Assembly: GCA_963677105.1 (NCBI GenBank)
Contig: OY781871.1
Location: 540,001-572,000, forward strand
Source: Candidatus Saccharimonadota bacterium
Lineage (GTDB): Bacteria; Patescibacteriota; Gracilibacteria; UBA4473
Direction of reading: 5' to 3'
Length of the DNA: 32,000 nt
Shown one piece after another: positions 7,457 to 14,398 of the stretch; the first letter of the stretch is position 1, and each line of letters begins with the position of its first letter. A program made the translations under genes and the position numbers. The notes below the pieces were generated by a model that searched no databases, was not told the origin of the DNA, and saw nothing but the letters and a program-made list of their open reading frames with translations.

Positions 7457-10400
7457 TGAGAAAAAGTCTTTCCGGATTCTGGACATTTTTTATCACGCGT
7501 TTTCGTGTGACGTTGTTAGCGATAATTTTCATATTAACAGCCGGACTGTATTCATATAAAACGATTGCGCGCGAGACAGAACCCAAAGTAGACATTCCAA
7601 TGGCGACAATTATGACCATTTGGCCAGGAGCCTCGTCGGCAGATGTGGAAAAACTCATAACGAATAAGCTCGAAACAGAAATAAAAAGCCTTGATCATAT
7701 AAAAAAATACACATCATCTTCTCTTTCGGGAGTATCACTTATTACAGTGGAATTCGATGTTGAGAGTGATAAGCAAGTTAATCTTCAAAAATTACGAGAC
7801 AAAATTGACGACGCTACTCCAAAACTTCCTGGAACATTACCAGACGACCCTAGTGTTTCAGAAATTTCTTTGTCGGATGTAGCAGTTGTAAATATATCGT
7901 TGTCGGGAGATTTTTCGTGGTCAGAACTTAAGCGATTTGCTGAGACCTTGGAAGATGAATTTGCTGGAATGAATAACGTGAAAGACGTGAATTTACTGGG
8001 AGTTCCAGAAGATGAAGTTCATATTTCTTTGGATCCAGGAAAATTAGAAGCCTTAAATTTAAGTGTAAATGAAGTTCTACAAGCCGTTCGTGCTGGACAC
8101 GTAGATATGCCATTAGGAGTGATGGAAATAGATGGACAATCCGTTGAAGTAACGGCGCGAGCGGAATATGAAAACACGAAAGAAATCGCATCCGTTCCCA
8201 TTACAGTAAAAAATGGAGCGACTATTACGCTCGGAGACATTGGGGAAGTGCGTCAAGAGTTTGAGTCATTTGATGTAGAGACGTATTTTCAAGATGAAAA
8301 GGGTATTTCTCCTTCTGTATCGATTGAGGTAACAAAATCAGCCGAATCAGGAAACGTTCTGATTATGGTGGAAAATATCTTAAATCGAATGGAAGAACTG
8401 AAGACACAAGAAGCAATTCCTCGTTCATTAAACACAACTGTAACGTATAATCGAGCAGACGAAGTTCGCGAGAGCTTAGACACTCTTATCAAAAGTGGGA
8501 GTCAAACGGTTCTTTTGATTATGCTCATTATGTTTATTTTTGTTGGATGGAAGGAAGCGCTTCTTGCTTCGATTGTTATTCCTTTATCGATGTTGTCAGC
8601 GGTCGTATCAATGCAAATAAGTGGAGGAACATTCAACGGGATATCTTTATTTGCCCTTGTGTTGGGACTCGGGCTTCTTGTTGATAATGCGATTGTTATT
8701 GTTGAGAGCATGTCTGAGGCAATAAACAAAAGACACATGACTCCAGAGGAAGCAGCAGAACACACTTTAAAAGTTTTTCGTTGGCCACTTATCACAGGGA
8801 CGGCAACAACAGTCTGTGCTTTTTTACCAATGATTTTCTTCATTTCGGGAATTATGGGAGATTATATTGCCGTTATTCCAAATACAGTAAACGCTATTTT
8901 GTTATCGGCATTATTTATTGCGTTGTGGTTATTGCCATCTGTGGGAGTTCGATTCTTTAAAATGTTTCCTCCGAAAAAAAACAGAGAAAGAAAAGGGCTT
9001 CAGTTCGTTCAGTCATGGTATGTCAGCATCATGAAAAAAGTTTTATCAAAAAAAAGACACATTTTTGGAACACTTGGATGTTCCTTTCTTGCGTTAGTCT
9101 TTTCATTAACATTAGTAATAACGAAACAGGTACCAGTGGAAGTATTTCCTTCATCTGATATGCCGTTTTTTACCGCAGATTTTGAATTCCCCACGGGAAC
9201 AGATCTCAGTGAAACACGTCAATTGATTAAGCCAATATCCGAGCAATTACGTCCGTTTTTGGGAACACAAAAAGATGGAGATGTTTGGATCGACAGCTTC
9301 GTTTTTACAGCAGGAAAATCACAGTCTTGGGATCATCATGGAGGATCTGGTTTATCAGAAAGTAATGTTCTTGGATTGTCTGTTTATTTAACGAATAAAA
9401 ATAAGAGAGAAATTCGTTCATATGATGTTTTCCCAAAGATTAAAGAGGCGGTACTTCCTGTTATCCCAGAATATGTAGAAGACACTTTTTCGGAGCTACA
9501 AGCAGGACCACCGACAGGAGAAGCAGCGATTTCGGTGCGTTTAACTGGACCAGATTATTCACGGTTAGAAGAACTTGGTCGTGATCTACAGAAAGAGTTA
9601 AAAAAGTTAGAGGGACCTTTAAACGTTCGAGACGACAGTGCTGAGAAAGTATTTCAGCTTACGTGGACATTTGATCGCGATGTATTGGCTCGATTTGGAC
9701 TTGCCCCAGCAACAATAATGGAAACATTACGAACAGCAGTAAACGGAACAACTGTTGTAAAAATCACAGAAGGAGATGAAGAGATAGATGTTGTAACGCG
9801 AATAAATTGGGAAGGAAATAGAGACTGGGACAATCCAAGCTCTCTTGATGTACTAAATCAAATTTCAGTAAAAACACCCCAAGGGAATTTCATTTCTCTG
9901 GAGCAAGTGGCTCATCCAAAATTATCATCAGAAGTTTCATTGTTGCGTCATCGAGACGGATTGCGAACATTGACAGTTTTAGCAGACATGAAGGATGGAA
10001 TGCCGGTTTCTGTTATTCAATCAGATATAAACAAGGCAATAAAAAAACTAAATCGATTGCCAGGAGAAATGATAGAAATGGGAGGAGATAGCGAAGAGGG
10101 AGATCGTTTGATGGGAGAAATGGGAGTTGCAATGGGAATTGCAGTTTTGCTAATCCTTGTTGTTCTTGTGACGCAATTTAACTCATTTTGGCAAGCCTTT
10201 ACGACGCTGGCCATGGTTCCACTTTCTCTCACAGGAGTGTTTGTTGGGTTTTGGCTTCATGGTCTTACTATCTCATTTCCAACGATGATTGGGATCGTTT
10301 CTTTGGCGGGGATTATTGTAAATGATGCAATTGTTTTGATTGATCACATAAACCAAAACATCGGAGAACATAATTTACAATGGAAAGAAGCATTTATCGA

Positions 10401-10641
10401 AGCAGGAAGAAGTCGATTACAACCGATTTTTCTTACATCAATTACAACTGTCGTTGGGTTGTTACCGCTTTCTCTTTCTGATGAAATGTGGGCAGGACTT
10501 GGATTTGCGATTATTTATGGGATGTCTCTTTCAACAATTCTTACGTTACTGTTGGTTCCGTGTTTTCTTGGAGCAGGACACATTATGGGAGAATGGTTTA
10601 AAAAATGTTGGAAGCAGTTTATGTGTTGGATGATGTGCTAG
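7456..10641 (+). CDS. RND superfamily efflux permease (AcrB/AcrD/AcrF-like), 1061 aa
   Basis: 12-TM/2-large-loop architecture. Conserved TM4 and TM10 blocks: GLGLLVDNAIVIVES and LAGIIVNDAIVLIDHI. Length is typical for the family. Confidence 0.9.
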   Translation: MRKSLSGFWTFFITRFRVTLLAIIFILTAGLYSYKTIARETEPKVDIPMATIMTIWPGASSADVEKLITNKLETEIKSLDHIKKYTSSSLSGVSLITVEFDVESDKQVNLQKLRDKIDDATPKLPGTLPDDPSVSEISLSDVAVVNISLSGDFSWSELKRFAETLEDEFAGMNNVKDVNLLGVPEDEVHISLDPGKLEALNLSVNEVLQAVRAGHVDMPLGVMEIDGQSVEVTARAEYENTKEIASVPITVKNGATITLGDIGEVRQEFESFDVETYFQDEKGISPSVSIEVTKSAESGNVLIMVENILNRMEELKTQEAIPRSLNTTVTYNRADEVRESLDTLIKSGSQTVLLIMLIMFIFVGWKEALLASIVIPLSMLSAVVSMQISGGTFNGISLFALVLGLGLLVDNAIVIVESMSEAINKRHMTPEEAAEHTLKVFRWPLITGTATTVCAFLPMIFFISGIMGDYIAVIPNTVNAILLSALFIALWLLPSVGVRFFKMFPPKKNRERKGLQFVQSWYVSIMKKVLSKKRHIFGTLGCSFLALVFSLTLVITKQVPVEVFPSSDMPFFTADFEFPTGTDLSETRQLIKPISEQLRPFLGTQKDGDVWIDSFVFTAGKSQSWDHHGGSGLSESNVLGLSVYLTNKNKREIRSYDVFPKIKEAVLPVIPEYVEDTFSELQAGPPTGEAAISVRLTGPDYSRLEELGRDLQKELKKLEGPLNVRDDSAEKVFQLTWTFDRDVLARFGLAPATIMETLRTAVNGTTVVKITEGDEEIDVVTRINWEGNRDWDNPSSLDVLNQISVKTPQGNFISLEQVAHPKLSSEVSLLRHRDGLRTLTVLADMKDGMPVSVIQSDINKAIKKLNRLPGEMIEMGGDSEEGDRLMGEMGVAMGIAVLLILVVLVTQFNSFWQAFTTLAMVPLSLTGVFVGFWLHGLTISFPTMIGIVSLAGIIVNDAIVLIDHINQNIGEHNLQWKEAFIEAGRSRLQPIFLTSITTVVGLLPLSLSDEMWAGLGFAIIYGMSLSTILTLLLVPCFLGAGHIMGEWFKKCWKQFMCWMMC

Positions 10642-10786
10642 GAAAATTCTTGATTTTCAAAAAAAAGAGACGATAATTCCACTGTCTTATTTATTAACCA
10701 CTAAAGTTACGAATATATTCTTGGGCATCGTTTAGAATTTTTATTCAGTTTAGTAAAAATTCATTTTATTTTTTTATTTTTTAAAA

Positions 10787-10918
10787 ATGTATAGCTCTTG
10801 TGATTGCGGTTGTGACTGCAAAAAATGTAAAGAATGTAAAAAGCCTTATTGTGAATGTGACTGTGAAACGGAGACTACTCCGTTGGTAGGAGAAGAAGAA
10901 CGAGACTTTGAATGGTGA
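10787..10918 (+). CDS. untracked 43-codon ORF: cysteine-rich (9 Cys) metallothionein-like peptide
   Basis: My own translation is MYSSCDCGCDCKKCKECKKPYCECDCETETTPLVGEEERDFEW followed by TGA. A strong terminator starts 13 nt after the stop. There is no SD, but that is the norm in this window. Confidence 0.5.
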   Translation: MYSSCDCGCDCKKCKECKKPYCECDCETETTPLVGEEERDFEW

Positions 10919-10930
10919 TTTAGAAAAAAA

Positions 10931-10955
10931 GCCTTCGTGAAGACGAAGGCTTTTT
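10931..10955. terminator. strong rho-independent (potentially bidirectional) terminator
   Basis: GCCTTCGT-gaag-ACGAAGGC, a perfect 8-bp GC-rich stem, flanked by an A7 run upstream and a T5 run downstream. Confidence 0.7.
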
Positions 10956-10999
10956 AATAAAATCTTTTTAAAGATACTTTATATGATTTTTTCGTATAC

Positions 11000-11036
11000 A
11001 AAAATATTTTCAAACAAAACAAGTTGAAAATATTTT
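11000..11036 (-). terminator. AT-rich hairpin immediately 3' of tRNA-Thr (possible terminator)
   Basis: Inverted repeat AAAAATATTTTCAA (11000-11013) / TTGAAAATATTTT (11024-11036). On the minus strand it follows the tRNA 3' end by 2 nt and is followed by U-rich sequence. Confidence 0.35.
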
Positions 11037-11038
11037 AG

Positions 11039-11114
11039 TGGAGCCGCCTTCGAGAATCGAACTCGAGATCTCGTCCTTACCAAGGACGCGCTCTAGCCAC
11101 TGAGCCAAGGCGGC
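11039..11114 (-). tRNA. tRNA-Thr (anticodon GGU), 76 nt, CCA encoded
   Basis: The reverse complement GCCGCCTTGGCTCAGTGGCTAGAGCGCGTCCTTGGTAAGGACGAGATCTCGAGTTCGATTCTCGAAGGCGGCTCCA folds as a cloverleaf. Acceptor GCCGCCT/AGGCGGC, D stem GCTC/GAGC, anticodon stem CGTCC/GGACG with loop TTGGTAA, T arm TCGAG-TTCGATT-CTCGA. Confidence 0.9.
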
Positions 11115-11126
11115 GCAACGAGCAGA

Positions 11127-11154
11127 ATTGTACTAAGCATGGTTGAAATAGCAA
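11127..11154 (-). promoter_or_regulatory. sigma70-type promoter of tRNA-Thr
   Basis: Minus strand: TTGCTA (11154-11149), 16 nt spacer, TACAAT (11132-11127), 12 nt before the mature tRNA 5' end. Confidence 0.4.
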
Positions 11155-11197
11155 TACCGAAGTGGAAATTTTTAAAAAAATGAGTACGATTTGCTCG

Positions 11198-12190
11198 ATG
11201 AAACGAAAAATACTCGTTACTGGAGGAGCCGGGTTTATTGGTTCAAACTTTGTCCATCATGTATTGGAAAATACTGATTGGGAAATTGTGAATCTTGATT
11301 TGCTCACATATGCTGGAAATCTAGAGAATTTAAAATCCATAGAAGAAAATCTGAAGTACACTTTTGTAAAAGGAGATATTGCAGATGCAAAATTCATTGA
11401 TGAATTATTTGAAAAAGAAAAATTTGATGGAGTAATTAACTTTGCGGCAGAAACACACGTTGACCGTTCAATAGAAGATTCTTCGCCATTTATTCGAACA
11501 AATATTTTGGGAACACATGTTTTGCTAGAAGCTTGTAGAAAGCATGAAGTTGCTCGATATCACCAAGTTTCGACAGATGAAGTGTATGGTGATTTAGGTG
11601 ATCCATTGCCAGGAGAAGCATTAAAGTTTTTCACAGAAAACACGCCACTTGCGCCAAATTGTCCGTATGCAGCAGCGAAAACTTCAGCAGATTTATTGGT
11701 TCGATCTTGGCATCACACCTATGGTTTACATGCGACGATTTCACGATGTTCAAATAATTATGGACCATATCAATTTCCAGAAAAACTAATTCCATTTTTC
11801 CTCTTCAAAGCAATGAAGAACGACACATTGCCAATGTATGGAGATGGAAAAAATATTCGTGATTGGTTGTATGTGCGTGATCATTGTGAGGCGATTCGAC
11901 TCATTTTCGAAGAATCAAAACCAGGAGAAGTTTGGAATATTGGAGGACACAATGAAAAAACAAACTTAGAAATTACGGACATGATTTTGCAGGAGACAGG
12001 ATCGACGTCAGAAATGAAATTTGTTCCCGACAGAAAAGCGCACGATCGTCGATATGCAATTGATGCGAGTAAAATTGAACGAGAACTTGGATGGATCCCG
12101 GCTCATACTTTCGAAGAAGCGCTTCCTCTGACAATTAAATGGTATCAAGAAAATAAAGAGTGGGTGGAGAGTTGTCGAGAAAAAGTCTAA
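11198..12190 (+). CDS. rfbB: dTDP-glucose 4,6-dehydratase (330 aa from ATG 11198)
   Basis: Extended SDR with ILVTGGAGFIGSNF, the catalytic STDEVYG and the YAAAKTSADLL (YxxxK) motif. End-to-end RmlB-like sequence (NYGPYQFPEKLIP, GDGKNIRDWLYVRDH, HDRRYAID). A TACGAT -10-like box lies 7 nt upstream of the ATG. Confidence 0.9.
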   Translation: MKRKILVTGGAGFIGSNFVHHVLENTDWEIVNLDLLTYAGNLENLKSIEENLKYTFVKGDIADAKFIDELFEKEKFDGVINFAAETHVDRSIEDSSPFIRTNILGTHVLLEACRKHEVARYHQVSTDEVYGDLGDPLPGEALKFFTENTPLAPNCPYAAAKTSADLLVRSWHHTYGLHATISRCSNNYGPYQFPEKLIPFFLFKAMKNDTLPMYGDGKNIRDWLYVRDHCEAIRLIFEESKPGEVWNIGGHNEKTNLEITDMILQETGSTSEMKFVPDRKAHDRRYAIDASKIERELGWIPAHTFEEALPLTIKWYQENKEWVESCREKV

Positions 12191-12255
12191 ACGAATTAAA
12201 AACTACCATTTTGGATTTTCAATTTGCATACATTTTTTTATTGGAGAATTAAATA

Positions 12256-12281
12256 TAAATCAGTACACTTTTTCTGATTTA
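12256..12281 (+). terminator. AT-rich hairpin downstream of rfbB (weak terminator candidate)
   Basis: TAAATCAG-tacacttttt-CTGATTTA (8 bp) followed by ATTTTTA. It lies 66 nt after the rfbB stop. Confidence 0.3.
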
Positions 12282-12294
12282 ATTTTTATACAAA

Positions 12295-12594
12295 ATGGCA
12301 GATAAAATTTACTGCGGAAACGGAAAAAAGATTACAACACGTTATGGAGACATGATGCGGTTAAGTTTATCTGAAAGCGATCTACAAGCGCTACAAGATA
12401 ATTTAGAAAACGGTTGGGTAAATGTAAAAGTTTGTGAGAGACGAGAACCAAGTCAGAGCGGAATGACTCATTATTTAGAAGTAGACACATGGAAACCAAA
12501 TCAAGATCGAGATGATGCGGCTCCGGCAGCGGCAAAAGCCCCAGCGAAACCAGCTCAGACGGACGAAGTAAGCGCAGAGGATTTACCGTTTTAG
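12295..12594 (+). CDS. hypothetical 99-aa protein with an SSB-like tail (Pro/Ala linker plus acidic EDLPF C-terminus)
   Basis: Clean ORF with a strong terminator downstream. Globular N-terminal region of about 65 aa (KIYCGNGKKITTRYGDMMRLSLS...GWVNVKVCERR...THYLEVDTWKP). This is followed by DRDDAAPAAAKAPAKPAQTDEVSAEDLPF. Confidence 0.6.
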   Translation: MADKIYCGNGKKITTRYGDMMRLSLSESDLQALQDNLENGWVNVKVCERREPSQSGMTHYLEVDTWKPNQDRDDAAPAAAKAPAKPAQTDEVSAEDLPF

Positions 12595-12624
12595 TCAGAG
12601 AAAAAATAAAAAAGTGTATGTTTT

Positions 12625-12651
12625 GAGCGCATTAATTTGCGCTCTTTTTTT
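12625..12651 (+). terminator. rho-independent terminator after the 99-aa ORF
   Basis: GAGCGCA-ttaatt-TGCGCTC, a perfect 7-bp stem, followed by a T7 run. Confidence 0.7.
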
Positions 12652-12665
12652 GTCTTCCATAAAAT
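12637..12665 (+). promoter_or_regulatory. candidate radA promoter overlapping the preceding terminator
   Basis: TTGCGC (12637-12642), 17 nt spacer, TAAAAT (12660-12665), then 9 nt to ATG 12675. Confidence 0.35.
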
Positions 12666-12674
12666 GTGGATCCA

Positions 12675-14024
12675 ATGGCAAAAAACAATCAACAATGGCT
12701 GTGTACGGAATGTGGAGAAGTTTTTGGTAAATGGAGTGGACAGTGTTCCTCCTGTCAGGAATGGAACACCATTAAAGAGTTTCGCGAATCAAAGATTCCC
12801 AATGGGAAAACGGATTTATCGAAAGGGAAAGACTTAAGCAAATTACAAACTTCAAATATACAAAGTGCAAATAAGGAGAGAGTATCTTCTGGGATTGAAG
12901 AAGTGGATCGTGTTTTGGGAGGAGGATTTTTTCCGGGAACACTTGCTTTGTTTGGTGGATCTCCTGGGATTGGAAAATCTACATTGGCGCTTCAAATTTT
13001 TATGAAAACAAAAGAGGCGCTTTATTTTTCTGGAGAAGAGTCAGTAGAACAGGTAAAGAATCGAGCAACGAGATTAAACCCAAAGGAGATTTTGGGATCA
13101 ATTTTCTCTACTAGTTCACTTGAAGATATTTGCCAAACAATTGCAAAAATTAATCCTGAGCTTGCTATAATTGATTCTATTCAAATGGTTGGGACGGAAA
13201 ATTCTTCGTTTGGACAGCTATCTCAAATAAAAGAAAATGCAGAAATTTTGCTTAAATTAGCGAAGTCAACAGGAACGACAATTTTGGTTATTGGTCATGT
13301 GACAAAAGCGGACGAAATTGCAGGACCCAAAGTTCTCGAACACATCGTTGACGTTGTTTTACGATTGAACGGAGAAGGAAATAGTGAGGTTCGAGTTTTG
13401 AGTTCTCCGAAAAACCGATTTGGAAGCACATTAGAAATTGGTGTGTTTGAAATGCGTGGAAATGGACTCGTGGAGCTAGCAAATCCTTCGGAATTTTTCT
13501 TGGCAGAACGAGCAGAAAATGCTTCTGGTTCAGCAATTGCGGTTGTTCGTGAAGGTTCTCGGAATTTTTTATTAGAAATTCAAGCGCTTATGGTTCGTAC
13601 AAATTTTGGACAACCGCGACGAACAAGTCATGGAATCCCTTTAAATAAATTTCACTTGCTTCTTGCGGTGGTGAGTAAGTTTACGCCATTTAAATGTGGA
13701 GAATATGACGCATACATAAGTGTTGTTGGCGGAATGAAAATACATGAACCGGCTGCTGATTTAGCGATTTGTGCAGCAATATTGAGTTCTCGTGCGGAAA
13801 AGGAAATTCCAGCAGATACAGTAATTTTAGGAGAAGTTGGATTGAGCGGAGAAGTTCGGAGTATCGCACAGATGGAAACAAGATTAATTGAAGCTTCTAA
13901 ATTAGGTTTCAAAAAAGCAATCATTCCCTGTACTCGAGGGAAAATAAAATTGCCAAAAGAGATGACCGTTACAGAGGTACGAAGTGTTTTAGAGTTAGTG
14001 AAAGCGGTATTTAAAAACGATTAA
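12675..14024 (+). CDS. radA: DNA repair/recombination protein RadA (Sms), 449 aa from ATG 12675
   Basis: N-terminal C4 zinc finger CTECGEVFGKWSGQCSSCQEW. RecA-like Walker A GGSPGIGKSTL. The RadA-specific KNRFG motif. C-terminal Lon-protease-like domain (ISVVGGMKIHEPAADLAICAAILSS). Confidence 0.9.
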   Translation: MAKNNQQWLCTECGEVFGKWSGQCSSCQEWNTIKEFRESKIPNGKTDLSKGKDLSKLQTSNIQSANKERVSSGIEEVDRVLGGGFFPGTLALFGGSPGIGKSTLALQIFMKTKEALYFSGEESVEQVKNRATRLNPKEILGSIFSTSSLEDICQTIAKINPELAIIDSIQMVGTENSSFGQLSQIKENAEILLKLAKSTGTTILVIGHVTKADEIAGPKVLEHIVDVVLRLNGEGNSEVRVLSSPKNRFGSTLEIGVFEMRGNGLVELANPSEFFLAERAENASGSAIAVVREGSRNFLLEIQALMVRTNFGQPRRTSHGIPLNKFHLLLAVVSKFTPFKCGEYDAYISVVGGMKIHEPAADLAICAAILSSRAEKEIPADTVILGEVGLSGEVRSIAQMETRLIEASKLGFKKAIIPCTRGKIKLPKEMTVTEVRSVLELVKAVFKND

Positions 14025-14397
14025 ACTTGTCTCGTTTTCGTTTATCTTTTTTACTTTCACGACCATCTCCATATCGAAACTTAACTTTTCGATCATCTCG
14101 TTTTTGTGCGGATTCTATTTTTTTATGTTCTATTGCAATCGTTTCAAACTTAGGACTCAAGTTCTCAAAATATCCGTCTGCCATTTCCTCTTTCCCTCTC
14201 TTTTCTAAATATTTGAGAACTTTATATCTTTTCACTCCAGCTGGAAATTCAACAGAAACTTCATCTCCAATTTTAACCAATTTTGATGGTTTTACCTTAT
14301 TTCCATTTATAGAAACACGTCCAGATCTACAAAATTCTCCTGCTTGTGTACGAGATTTGACCATCCAAGTCGTCCAAATCCATTTATCAACGCGCAT
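14011..14397 (-). CDS. hslR: S4-domain RNA-binding protein, Hsp15-like (128 aa)
   Basis: MRVDKWIWTTWMVKSRTQAGEFCRSGRVSINGNKVKPSKLVKIGDEV is the Hsp15/S4 alpha-L motif (R-x-DKWLW...R..A...G.V.vNG...KPS). Basic C-terminal tail. Its ATG lies 1 nt after the valS stop. Its 3' end overlaps radA by 14 nt. Confidence 0.8.
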   Translation of the reverse strand: MRVDKWIWTTWMVKSRTQAGEFCRSGRVSINGNKVKPSKLVKIGDEVSVEFPAGVKRYKVLKYLEKRGKEEMADGYFENLSPKFETIAIEHKKIESAQKRDDRKVKFRYGDGRESKKDKRKRDKFNRF

Positions 14398-14398
14398 T

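Noticed and set aside
10799-10866. Five TGTGA pentamers read as CRP-like half-sites or a DNA-level repeat
   Set aside because: No TCACA partner half-sites are present. The pentamers are fully explained by Cys-Asp/Cys-Glu codon pairs (TGT GAY/GAA) of the 43-codon ORF.
12637-12837. 66-aa ORF overlapping the radA start in another frame
   Set aside because: It begins inside the terminator/promoter region and overlaps the RadA zinc-finger coding frame, which is the conserved one.
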